Source of the DNA: an uncultured Verrucomicrobiae bacterium
Lineage (GTDB): Bacteria > Verrucomicrobiota > Verrucomicrobiia > Limisphaerales > JAFGQR01
Direction of reading: 5' to 3'
Assembly (NCBI GenBank): GCA_963788655.1
Contig: CAWBHS010000022.1
Location: 64,001-128,000 of the forward strand
DNA length: 64,000 nucleotides
The number at the start of each line of letters is the position of its first letter. Within the stretch, counting starts at the first letter, position 1. Below the pieces are notes generated by a model. That model worked only from the letters and a program-made list of their open reading frames with translations. It had not been told where the DNA came from and searched no databases. This document shows, piece by piece, positions 1 to 9,291 of the stretch. Both the position numbers and the translations under genes were made by a program.

Positions 1-100
1 CCGTGCCGTTGCCCGGCGGAGCGCTCCCCGTGCGGGCCGCCGAAGTGGATCCGGCCACCGCGGAGTCGGACGCGGCCAAGGCGGATCCCGCCGGCCATCG

Positions 101-1450
101 ATGGACGACGTCGTGCCGTTGATCTTGATTGAAGAGGTTCCGTTGACCGATGCCATTCGCAACCTGGCGCGGCAGTCGGACCTCAACTTCATGTTCGATC
201 CCCAGATCACCATGACCAACCAGCCCAACATTTCCATTCGGTTTGAAAACGTCACCGCGCAAGAGGCGCTCCTGGCCGTGCTGGACAACCACAACCTCAG
301 CCTGATCCAGGAACCCAAGTCCAAAATCGCGCGCATTGCCATCAAGGATCCGAAAGCCGAAGATCCGCTGTTCGTCAAAGTCATTCAGCTCAAGTACTGT
401 GATCCCACCAACTTGGTCGATGTCATCAAACCCACTTTGTCCACGCGCAGTAAAGTGCTGGCCGACCCGCGCACGCGCCAACTGATTGTCTCGACCACCG
501 AAAAGGAAATGGACGGCCTGGTGTCCTTGATCGACAAACTGGACGGACGCACCAAGCAGGTGCTGATCGAGGCGCGTATTCTGGAAACGTCGATGAATCC
601 CCAAACGGTCAAGGGCATCGATTGGTCCGGAACTTTTTCCGCGCAGAACTTTACGTTCGGCAATAACCTTCGACAACCCACGGCATCTGAGAGCTTAAAT
701 CCAATCAACCATGATTTGTCCGCTGGGATTCCGAAGCTCATTGCCAGCTCGGGTGGCGGCTTCACCCCCTCGACTGCTTTCCTCAACGCGGATGGCGTTA
801 AAGCTGTCCTCTCGTTCTTAAACAGTGATTCGGACACCGAAGTGCTCGCCACCCCTCGAGCGGTGACCCTGGACAATCAACCGGCGACGTTGGAAGTGAC
901 GCGCGCGTTTCCGATTTTCCAAATTACTCCCGGATCAGCGAATTCACCGGCGGGCGCCACGATCAACTACACCAACCTCGGAACCATCTTGACGGTCACG
1001 CCGCGCATTGCGGCGGACAACAATGTTTCTATGACGGTGGTGCCCGAAGTTTCCAATATTGACGGCAAAGACGAGCAGACGATCAACGGGCAACAAAACG
1101 TGGCCAACATCTACGCCATCCGGCGGATCGAAACGCGGGTCATGATTCCCAGCGGCCATACGTTGGTGATGGGTGGTTTGGTCAGCGACGGTTCCACCAA
1201 AGCGTACACGAAAGTACCGGTTTTGGGAGACCTGCCGATCATCGGCCTGGCCTTCCGTCACGAGAGCAAAGAGCGCAAGCAGCAGAACATGATCATTTTT
1301 GTTACTCCGACCATTGTGGAAGACGATGCCTTCCAAGTGGCCAGTACCGGCAAGGAGTTTATGCGCACCAAGTTCGTCGAACCGCCCGAGGTCGAAATGA
1401 ACGCGTGGGACAGCGCCAAGCCGCACGATTGGACCAAGCCGGTGGAATAG
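101..1450 (+). CDS. Type II secretion / type IV pilus secretin (GspD/PilQ family), probably 5'-partial
   Basis: Has an STN-like N-domain and an N3 domain (ADPRTRQLIV...IDKLD), then the secretin core (QVLIEARILE, LATPRAVTLDNQPA, GTILTVTPRI, KVPVLGDLPIIGLAF, IIFVTPTIV). No signal peptide at 101, so the true start probably lies upstream of the window. Confidence 0.93.
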   Translation: MDDVVPLILIEEVPLTDAIRNLARQSDLNFMFDPQITMTNQPNISIRFENVTAQEALLAVLDNHNLSLIQEPKSKIARIAIKDPKAEDPLFVKVIQLKYCDPTNLVDVIKPTLSTRSKVLADPRTRQLIVSTTEKEMDGLVSLIDKLDGRTKQVLIEARILETSMNPQTVKGIDWSGTFSAQNFTFGNNLRQPTASESLNPINHDLSAGIPKLIASSGGGFTPSTAFLNADGVKAVLSFLNSDSDTEVLATPRAVTLDNQPATLEVTRAFPIFQITPGSANSPAGATINYTNLGTILTVTPRIAADNNVSMTVVPEVSNIDGKDEQTINGQQNVANIYAIRRIETRVMIPSGHTLVMGGLVSDGSTKAYTKVPVLGDLPIIGLAFRHESKERKQQNMIIFVTPTIVEDDAFQVASTGKEFMRTKFVEPPEVEMNAWDSAKPHDWTKPVE

Positions 1451-1487
1451 TTTCCCCCAAAACACTACTCGATCTGTTCTGCGCGTC

Positions 1488-1515
1488 AGCCGCCTCCTTG
1501 GGGAGGCGGCTTTCC
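1488..1515 (+). terminator. Putative intrinsic terminator after the secretin gene
   Basis: Perfect 10-bp stem agccgcctcc-ttgg-ggaggcggct with only a short T run, about 40 nt after the stop codon. Confidence 0.45.
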
Positions 1516-1663
1516 GCTTGGAAACAAGGCTTGGTTTTCCCAGCGGCGCACCGTAGTTTTTTCGGTCGCAGCAGAACGCCGGTTGGCGTGCTCGCCTCCA
1601 ATCAAGTTTCCAGGTGCCGGAGGCGGCCAGCGGCGAACATTGATGAACGAACGAAGGGCAACC

Positions 1664-2512
1664 ATGGTCAAAAAGATCTCGAAATCCAAGTTGGCTCCCT
1701 CGCGGCCAAAGCATTTGAACGTTGGCTGGGCACGCCCCACGCACTTCGACCTGCCCATTCCTAAAAACGAATCCCGGCGTCTGGCCACGCTGCACGGGTA
1801 CAAAATCCTCGATACGCCGCCGGAGGAAAACTTCGACGCCATCACCCAGTTGGCGGCGCGCATCTGCCAAACACCCATTGCCCTGATTTCGCTGGTGGAC
1901 GCGGACCGGCAGTGGTTCAAGTCGCAGATCGGAGTTGAGATGGTGGAAACGCCCCGGACCGTGGCTTTGTGTGCGCATGCCATCATGCAGCGGGACGTGT
2001 TCGTGGTGCCGGATGCGACCGCGGACCGGCGCTTTGCGAACAACCCCCTGGTGGTCGGTCCGCCGAACATCCGTTTCTATGCTGGCGCGCCGCTGGTTGC
2101 GCGCAACGATCACGCCTTGGGAACGTTGTGTGTGATTGACCGCGTGCCCCGTTCCCTGACCCGCGACCAAGTCGAATTGCTCCAGATGCTGGGACGTCAG
2201 GCCATGACGCAGTTGGACCTGCGCAAACAGCTTGCCGGCTCCCACCGCCAACTGCTCGAACTGCGGTTGGCCCACCGGAATCTGGCGAAGCAGACCGAAC
2301 GCCTGGAAGCCAATCAACAGGCCATGGAGACGCGCGTGCAGGGCGTTGAAAGCGATCTCAATGGCGCCGTGCAACGGGCGACGGCGGCCATCGGGCAATT
2401 GGCCTCGGGGAAATTGGACCGCCCGCAACGCGCCGGCCTTCGGGCCTTGCAGCAAACCGTTGCCCAGCTCGAACGATTGGCTCAGGACGCACCGCGACCA
2501 AAAACGCGGTAG
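1664..2512 (+). CDS. GAF-domain sensor protein with C-terminal coiled coil
   Basis: Typical GAF signature: [23 protein letters not shown]...[13 protein letters not shown]...IRFYAGAPL...LGTLCVID. Start chosen at ATG 1664 behind gaaggg; ATG 1643 is an alternative. Confidence 0.85.
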   Translation: MVKKISKSKLAPSRPKHLNVGWARPTHFDLPIPKNESRRLATLHGYKILDTPPEENFDAITQLAARICQTPIALISLVDADRQWFKSQIGVEMVETPRTVALCAHAIMQRDVFVVPDATADRRFANNPLVVGPPNIRFYAGAPLVARNDHALGTLCVIDRVPRSLTRDQVELLQMLGRQAMTQLDLRKQLAGSHRQLLELRLAHRNLAKQTERLEANQQAMETRVQGVESDLNGAVQRATAAIGQLASGKLDRPQRAGLRALQQTVAQLERLAQDAPRPKTR

Positions 2513-2581
2513 CGGAGCGTTGAGTGGTTACTGTGCAGGCGACTGGATGGAAGAAACTTTGGATTAACCGATGGTTTTGTT

Positions 2582-2716
2582 TCCCCTTACCCCGGCCCTC
2601 TCCCCCCGGGAGACGGAGAATCGATGACCGGTCTTCTGAAAACACGATGTCCCTTGGTTTCCGTAGCGGCACCTCCATCGGTTCCCTCTCCTTGGGGAGC
2701 GGGTTAGGGTGAGGGA
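2582..2716. repeat. REP-like palindromic element (ccctcacccc/ggggtgaggg type)
   Basis: Imperfect terminal inverted repeats tccccttaccccggccctctcc ... ggagcgggttagggtgaggga, in an intergenic region between convergent genes. Confidence 0.65.
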
Positions 2717-2825
2717 GAAGGAGCCGATTGAATGTCACCATGCGTAGTCCATCCCAAACTCTCATCAGTAAAGCGTTTAAGAACTGAAGAGTTGACGCGG
2801 CTAACCCGAACATTCCACACACGTT

Positions 2826-2896
2826 GTAGCCACCGACGTGAGGAGGCGCACCTGGAGCCACTTACCTGAGCTCCGCCTCCTCACGTCGGCGGCTAC
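2826..2896. repeat. GTAG-type REP doublet
   Basis: 23-bp inverted arms gtagccaccgacgtgaggaggcg / cgcctcctcacgtcggcggctac with one mismatch. Confidence 0.8.
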
Positions 2897-2941
2897 GGAC
2901 CGGTTGGCGTTTTAAAACAGGCTCTTAGCCGTGACTATTCA

Positions 2942-3074
2942 GTAGGACAGGCGTCCCGCCTGTCCCGAACGAGTGCAAACCAACAACTTGTATCACGGCG
3001 CCGCGAGTGTCTCTATGTCACCAAACGGTGAGGATGCCTTGGGCTATTCGAGACAGGCGAGACGCCTGTCCTAC
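2942..3074. repeat. GTAG-type REP doublet
   Basis: 23-bp inverted arms gtaggacaggcgtcccgcctgtc / gacaggcgagacgcctgtcctac; each arm is itself a hairpin. Confidence 0.8.
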
Positions 3075-3139
3075 CACGCCGAACTGCCTCATCGCAGCAC
3101 CAGCCACTGAATTGATACGGCTTAGCGAACCGGCGCGGG

Positions 3140-3751
3140 TTATTTGCCCGTGCCGGGACTGGTTGAACTGGCCGGCGCGTTGGCATTGAGTTGTGCCAGG
3201 ACCGCGTCGGTGAGGTCCGTCTGCCCGCTGTGATACACCACTACTGGAATGCGGCTGAGACTTTCGCCGGCCACGTCCAACACCAAGCCATAGCCATCGG
3301 CCTTGGCCTTCGCGGTCACCACCGCGCGAATCTCCGTGATGATGTTTTCGCGCATGCGCCGTTCCTGTTCCTCCATCGTCGTATTGGCCTGGGCCCGGAA
3401 TTGGGCCATGCTTTGCTCCAGATCTTGAATTTCCCGGAGCTTGGTGGCCGCGGCGTTCTTGCGTTTTTCCCGTTCGTCCGCCGAGATGGCCATGTTGTTG
3501 GCTTCTTCCAACGCCTTCTTGTAATCCTCGGTGGCTTTCTGATGCTGCGCCGTCAACGCGCTCATTTCCTTGTCCATTTCAGCGCCGCGTTGTTTGAGGG
3601 ATTCCGTGGCGGCCTGGGTTTTGTAGTACTTATCGAAGACCTTGCGGAGATCGATAATTGCGATGCGCCCCTGCGCCAAAGACGCGGGTGCCAGTGCCAG
3701 GAACAGAAAGGCCGCCAGGACCAGTTGATTGAGTCTTTTTGTCATCTTCAT
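3140..3751 (-). CDS. skp: OmpH/Skp periplasmic outer-membrane-protein chaperone
   Basis: Signal peptide, RIAIIDLRKVF, long coiled coil, GYGLVLD and DLTDAVLAQLN; lies directly downstream of bamA. Confidence 0.93.
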   Translation of the reverse strand: MKMTKRLNQLVLAAFLFLALAPASLAQGRIAIIDLRKVFDKYYKTQAATESLKQRGAEMDKEMSALTAQHQKATEDYKKALEEANNMAISADEREKRKNAAATKLREIQDLEQSMAQFRAQANTTMEEQERRMRENIITEIRAVVTAKAKADGYGLVLDVAGESLSRIPVVVYHSGQTDLTDAVLAQLNANAPASSTSPGTGK

Positions 3752-3764
3752 CGTTCGATTGAGA

Positions 3765-6326
3765 TTAGTAATCGCGCGTCCAGCCCACGCTGAACTGGAA
3801 GCGACCGCTGCTATTATTGTACCGTTCCGCGGTCAGGGGAATCCCATAATCGAGCCGCAACGGGCCGATTTGCGGGATGTTCAACCGCAGCCCCACGCCC
3901 CAGTTGTCGTTGTAGAAGTGGGTGTCGCCAAATCTGTTCGGGTCGTATGGATCGCTGAAATGCGTGTTAAAGCTGTAGGGATCCTGATAGACCATGCCAA
4001 TATCGTAAAACACGGCCAACCGCAGAATCTCAATGATCGGGATGCTGTATTCCAACGACCCAAACCAGTAGGTGCCGCCTCCAATCGGTTCGCCGGAGAT
4101 TGAGGGGCCGACATCCCGGTAGCGGAAGCCGCGCAGCGTGTCGGGACCACCCATGAACCAGCGGTCGAACAACGGCACAATGGACGTCCGATTGTAACGG
4201 TCCACCACGCCTATCCGACCGGAAAACTCGATGATGTGCTTGGGCAGCAGGCCCTTGAAATACCACGACGTCCGCAGCTCAATATTGTAGAAATCGCTGT
4301 CCCCGCCAAAGGGTCCGCCGGCCAGTTCGCCATAGAGTTCGGTCCGTTGTCCGCCATCGGGCAGGAAGATGTTGTTAAAGGAATTGTGCCGGTTGTCATA
4401 GGTCAGGCCGGTGCCGAATTTGGAAACCAGCCGCCGGCCTTCCTCATGTTTGATGATCTCCGGCGCATTGGGATCCACGTTCAGGATGCCGATGTTCTCG
4501 ATGGTGTAATTCAGGGTGCCGCGGAGATAGTCGTTGCCCAGCGCACGGGTCAAGCCCAGTTTCATTCCGGTACGGACTTCTTCGTAAAGATCATTGAGGC
4601 TTTGGTTGCCCAGGTTGCGATGATACAAGTCCGTGCTGAACTGCAGCTTCTTGCCCAGAAACCAGGGCTCAATAAAGGTCAACAGGTAATCCTGCCGCAC
4701 CGCGCCGTATTGCACGCGCAGCCGCAATTTCTGGCCGCCGCCGCGGAACAAGGGCGGGTGGAACAAATCAAAGTTTTCCTCGGACACTTCCACGAAGCCT
4801 AAAATGCTGTCCACCGTGCTGAAGCCCGCCCCAAATCCCAGCCGCCCGGTGGTGCGTTCTTCGACCGATACCACCAGGTTGCGCCGATTGGGCACATCGG
4901 TGGGTTCCGGCTGCATGTCCACCTTGTCGAACAACCGCATGCCGCGAATCCGGTTTTCGCTGAGCTTGACCTTCACCAGGTTGAACACTTCGCCCGGCGA
5001 TACGGCCAGCTCCCGACGGATGACGCGGTCGCGGGTCTTGATGTTGCCTTGAATGTCGATCTTTTCGATGTAGGCCTTGTCGCCTTCCTCCAGCTCATAG
5101 ATCAGGTCCATGGTCCCCGTTTGGGTGTTGGCGATCTTGTGGGCTCCCACGGGAATGCCGCGCATGGAGCCTTTGCCGATGTAGCCCTCATTGCCGTAGA
5201 AATCGCGGATGACCTCGAGGTCGCGCTCCAATCCCTGCGGCGTGAACACGGCGCCGACCGGCATCTTAAGCCGCCGGCGAATGGCGTTCGTGGAGAACAG
5301 AGTGACCCCTTTGAAGCCAATCGCGCCGACCTTGTATTGTTTGCCCTCGGAGATTTCGAACACCAACGCAATCCGGTTCTTCGCCACCGGCAATTGGCGA
5401 ATGTCCTTCAACTCGAAATCAATGTAGCCGTGGGTCCGGTAAAACTCCGCCAGTCGTTCCTTGTCATCCTCCAACTGTTCTTCCTTCAGCACGCCGGAAC
5501 CGGTCAGCCACGACAACCACCAATGCCGCCGGGTTTTTATTTCTTTCCGCAACTTGCGCTGGCTGAACGCCCGGGCGCCTTCGAAGTAAACGTCGTCAAT
5601 GATCTGCTTGTAGGACTCTTTGATTTCAAACGTCACCGTGCAGCGCCCCGTCCGTTCTTCGTAGTTGATGACGTATTTGACTTCGGTGCCCGGATAGCCC
5701 TTTTTCTGATAGAGCTTCTTGATTTCCTGTGTGAAAAAGAAAATCTTTCGCTCGTCCAGCGGCTTGCCAATCATGCTCTCCATTTTGGTCTTGGGCGGCG
5801 ACACCGTGTCCGCGCGTTTGCGGGCGGAAGGGGGCGAGAAGTCTGCGGAAATCTTCTTCAGCAACTTCTTGCGGGAATACTTTTTGTTCCCTTCGAAGAG
5901 AATTTCCGTCAGCGTCGGCCGGCCTTTCAGAGCGTAGGTCAACACGATGCCTTCGGGCGTGGGTTCCTCGAGCACGCGGACCTCCATGAAATACCCGGTC
6001 GCATACAGGTTGCGGATGTCATCATCAATGAGCATCCGGTTGTACTTCTCCCCTTCCCGCACGCGCATGTTGGCGCGGATGAGATCGCGGCTGACTTCCT
6101 GGGGACCGACGTTGGTAATGATGATTTTCGAGACGACGGTCTGCGCGTGCGCGGTGGGAACCGCGCTCAACCACCAACCGCACAGGCTCACCAGCACCAG
6201 CCACCGCCAGAGTCGCCGCCCAACGAAGCGGCAATCCGGTTCGACCCGCGGCGCCGCCAACGCCCGAGTTTCCCGGCTAAATGTCTGCCGGGATGTCGTC
6301 GCTGCTAATTTTGGCGGCACTTTCAA
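3765..6326 (-). CDS. bamA: Outer membrane protein assembly factor BamA
   Basis: POTRA repeats (DDIRNLYATGYF, IQGNIKTRDRVIRREL), barrel start GRLGFGAGFS, LRGF motif and C-terminal GPLRLDYG...FQFSVG. Start uncertain: TTG 6326 overlaps the dnaB end, and there is an in-frame TTG near 6260. Confidence 0.96.
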   Translation of the reverse strand: MKVPPKLAATTSRQTFSRETRALAAPRVEPDCRFVGRRLWRWLVLVSLCGWWLSAVPTAHAQTVVSKIIITNVGPQEVSRDLIRANMRVREGEKYNRMLIDDDIRNLYATGYFMEVRVLEEPTPEGIVLTYALKGRPTLTEILFEGNKKYSRKKLLKKISADFSPPSARKRADTVSPPKTKMESMIGKPLDERKIFFFTQEIKKLYQKKGYPGTEVKYVINYEERTGRCTVTFEIKESYKQIIDDVYFEGARAFSQRKLRKEIKTRRHWWLSWLTGSGVLKEEQLEDDKERLAEFYRTHGYIDFELKDIRQLPVAKNRIALVFEISEGKQYKVGAIGFKGVTLFSTNAIRRRLKMPVGAVFTPQGLERDLEVIRDFYGNEGYIGKGSMRGIPVGAHKIANTQTGTMDLIYELEEGDKAYIEKIDIQGNIKTRDRVIRRELAVSPGEVFNLVKVKLSENRIRGMRLFDKVDMQPEPTDVPNRRNLVVSVEERTTGRLGFGAGFSTVDSILGFVEVSEENFDLFHPPLFRGGGQKLRLRVQYGAVRQDYLLTFIEPWFLGKKLQFSTDLYHRNLGNQSLNDLYEEVRTGMKLGLTRALGNDYLRGTLNYTIENIGILNVDPNAPEIIKHEEGRRLVSKFGTGLTYDNRHNSFNNIFLPDGGQRTELYGELAGGPFGGDSDFYNIELRTSWYFKGLLPKHIIEFSGRIGVVDRYNRTSIVPLFDRWFMGGPDTLRGFRYRDVGPSISGEPIGGGTYWFGSLEYSIPIIEILRLAVFYDIGMVYQDPYSFNTHFSDPYDPNRFGDTHFYNDNWGVGLRLNIPQIGPLRLDYGIPLTAERYNNSSGRFQFSVGWTRDY

Positions 6327-7732
6327 ATCGCGTAAAAGACTTAAAAAATGTCAAATTCACGTCCCCCGTGGGACCATTGCGTTGTTTGGCAATCAACAAG
6401 TTGACCGGAGCGGCATCCTGATCCGGACTGGCATCTTCCTCGTCGCCACTGCTGGGTTTGTACAGCAGGGCCACCAGGTCGGCATCCTGTTCAATCGCGC
6501 CTGATTCCCGTAAATCCGACAACCGCGGTTTGCGGTTTTTGTCCTTTTCCAATTCCCGGTTCAACTGGCTCAGGACGATCACGGGAACTTTCAGTTCCTT
6601 CGCCAGGGCCTTGATCCCATTGGAAATGTCCGCAATTTCCTGCTGTCGGTTTTCGGCTCGACGCGCAGTAGAATGGAGCAGTTGGAGGTAGTCAATCACG
6701 AAAAGCTTGATGCCGTACTGCTGGTACATGCGCCGGGCCTTGGCGCGCAATTGCAAAATGGATAATCCGGACGAATCATCGATGAACAACGGGGCGTTGG
6801 CCAATTTACCCGCGGCCCCGGTCAACTTGGGAAAATCCCGTTCGGCCAGGAAGCCGTCGCGGATGTTGCGCAGGTTCACCCGCGCGCGCGAGCAGAGCAT
6901 GCGCAACACCAGCGAATCGGAGGTCATTTCCAGGCTGAACACCCCCACCGGCAGGCGCTGTTCCACCGCCACGTGCTCGGCGATGTTCATGGCCAGGCTC
7001 GTTTTTCCCATGCTCGGCCGCGCCGCCACCACGATCATTTCCCCGGCGTGCAGCCCGCTGGTCATTTTGTCCAGATCGATAAATCCGGTTCCCACCCCGG
7101 TGAGCATGCCCTGGCGCTGATGGTAATCCTCGATGGTCGAGATCGCGCGATGCACCAACTCCTTCATGGTGTCGGTGGCGGATTCCACCCGGGCTTCGCT
7201 GATGTGCAGGATGTCGCGTTCGACTTCGTCCAGCAGCGAATCCACCTCCCCCGAATGCTCGTAAACCCGCCCGACAACGTCGGTGCAGGTCGTGATCATC
7301 CGGCGGAGAATGAATTTCTCGTGCAGGATGTTCAGGTAATAGCCCAGGTTCGCCGCGCTGGGCACCGTGTCCGGCAACGAGGACAAGTACGCCAGACCGC
7401 CCGCCGCTTCCAATTGTTGCCGGTCTTTGACCCGCTGGTGCAACGTGATGAGGTCAATCGGCTCCTTGTGATCGTACATTTCCACCAACACCTCGGTACA
7501 CCAAGCGGTGGCGTAGATCATAAAAGGCCTCCGCACCGACCTTCAATTTCTCGATGCAAACACCGAGGCCCTCGTTCGGGGACAACAAAATACAACCCAA
7601 CACCCCCTGCTCCGCCTCGGGGCTGTGCGGCGGCAGGCGGTCCACCGGCGGCGCGGCGCGACCGGCGGAATGAGTGGGTGGGCGGGCCGGTCGAGCCAAC
7701 TCGACCGGGGCTGTCGCAATATCGGTAACCAT
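6277..7732 (-). CDS. dnaB: Replicative DNA helicase DnaB, split by one extra base at ~7495
   Basis: The N-terminal ORF carries RLPPHSPEAEQGVLG. The C-terminal ORF carries Walker A AARPSMGKT, FSLEM, VIDYLQL, LSQLNR, DLRESGAIEQDAD and IAKQRNGPTG. Removing one G at 7495-7496 gives continuous ...RHRLVYEVLVEMYD (~484 aa). Confidence 0.95.
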
Positions 7733-7747
7733 CAACTGGATTGAACG

Positions 7748-8068
7748 CTAAACGCTGGCGGATGCCAACGCGGAATTGAAATGATTCTCCTCTTCGATCG
7801 CCGCCAGGATCTCGTCGCAACGCTCGGGGCTGTCGAACAGCATTTTGGGCAATAGGGCGGACCACTGCCGCCCAGGGTTGGCCCCACCGTCGGCGTTGAT
7901 CTCGGCGCAAAACTGTTGGGTGGCGTCATCGAGCAACACGTAACAATCGTCTCCCAAACAATAGGAATCCACCAGGAAGACGGGCGGCACCCGCCGCAGT
8001 TGGTCGAGCATCCGGCACACCGTTTGGATGACCAGCCGAGCCTCATCGTATGGTTTGGAAATCATCAT
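7748..8068 (-). CDS. Small hypothetical protein (~106 aa)
   Basis: ORF ends 13-16 nt upstream of the dnaB start on the same strand and has protein-like composition. No motif recognised; the start could extend to 8263. Confidence 0.45.
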   Translation of the reverse strand: MMISKPYDEARLVIQTVCRMLDQLRRVPPVFLVDSYCLGDDCYVLLDDATQQFCAEINADGGANPGRQWSALLPKMLFDSPERCDEILAAIEEENHFNSALASASV

Positions 8069-8487
8069 TTTCTCAATCTTACCCGCTCTCGCAGGGCCGT
8101 GTCGCGGCAGCCCGTCAGAAATCAGAACTTGTTCATCACTGCCTCGCTGCGTAACACCCTGCTGGGCCTCGTGGGCGCGGGAGTTTGCGAACGCGCTCAG
8201 CAGACGGGAAACTTGGGCGAGCGGCAATGCGGAATTGTTGGAAGTTGCTCCCAAGCTGTTCACAGGTTATCAACACAGGCGGCTTCTCGAAATGGACCGG
8301 CTGCGTCACCTCGAACGGCAACCACTGGCACGGATACCAACGGCGTAATACCCGGTCGCTTTCACCCGGTCGCGCAACCGTCAACTGATCGGTTGGGGTG
8401 AGTTGAACACCGCGATGCTCACGAACGTAGCCACCGTCCACGGCATACCTACGGCTGAGCCTCCTGTGGTTCAGCCGATCTTGGAAA

Positions 8488-8750
8488 TTGCGACGAATGT
8501 ATCGCGAACACGTCCGGCAAATGAAATTAACACGTCGGGTTATCGAATCGCAGGAAACCGAACGCCAGCGGATTGCTCGAGAATTGCACAGACGGCCTGG
8601 AGCAGGATCTAATGCTGATCAAGAACACGGCGAAAGTGACATAGCGACAGGTTGCGGATCAGTCGCCCGCCAAAGAGCGATTAAACGAAATCTCGGACTT
8701 TGCCAGCCGGGCCATCAATGAAGCGCGCGCCATCATGTCGAACCTCCGGA
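8488..8750 (+). pseudogene. Remnant of a HisKA_3 (NarX/UhpB-type) sensor histidine kinase
   Basis: Reads LTRRVIESQETERQRIARELH-(extra A at 8590)-DGLEQDLMLIKNTAKVT-(TAG 8642)-RQVADQSPAKERLNEISDFASRAINEARAIMSNLR. No ATPase domain follows. Confidence 0.75.
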
Positions 8751-8840
8751 ATCGTTACCGCGGAAAGCCAATGGTTATTCATTCATCCTCGGCTTTCCTT
8801 GAACACTTCAGAATTTACAATCGTCCTCAAGAGAAGTCAG

Positions 8841-8863
8841 GGCTCGACGGAGTCTCGCCCTAC
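8841..8863 (-). repeat. Single GTAG-type REP arm
   Basis: Minus strand reads gtagggcgagactccgtcgagcc, a GTAG foot followed by an imperfect hairpin. Confidence 0.5.
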
Positions 8864-9062
8864 CTCATCTATTGCCTATCGCTCCGTGTCCCCACGTAGT
8901 CCCGCTCCCCCATCCCACACACCGCCAAATACATGGCCTCAACCACGCAAACTTGGATGGTCCCCCCGATAGGCAGACTCCGGGTTAACGGCGGCGAGTA
9001 TTGCTGCTTGGCGACATACGAGCTTGACGAGTTGATTCGGCTTCCGCAGACGTGCCAATCCC

Positions 9063-9248
9063 AATCGCTGCGGTCCCCAGGTGGGTGACGGCTGGCTGGA
9101 ACGGTACGGCATTAATGCGGTCATCCACGAGTTCAACTGCCATTGGATTGCCGGCCGGAAGGATTATCCGTCCGCCAAACATTGGCAGGATTACGGCGAG
9201 AAACTCGCGGAAGTATTCTATGAATATTTCGGTTTGGTGAAGCCGTGA
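9063..9248 (+). pseudogene. C-terminal fragment of a truncated gene (possibly an M14-like peptidase tail)
   Basis: Translates to protein-like VGDGWLERYGINAVIHEFNCHWIAGRKDYPSAKHWQDYGEKLAEVFYEYFGLVKP*, with an in-frame stop at 9033 upstream. The family assignment is from recall only. Confidence 0.45.
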
Positions 9249-9291
9249 AGTCGAGTTGAGGCGCTCACGTCGTCACCCACGGTGCAGGATT

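Noticed and set aside
1..100. Separate small gene or regulatory leader before the secretin
   Set aside because: It reads as Ala/Pro-rich coding sequence (VPLPGGALPVRAAEVDPATAESDAAK in another frame), most likely the secretin's own N-terminal linker with a frame error. This cannot be resolved at the window edge.
6277..7732. Intein in DnaB
   Set aside because: The repaired length of ~484 aa is ordinary and no intein-like insertion interrupts the helicase motifs.
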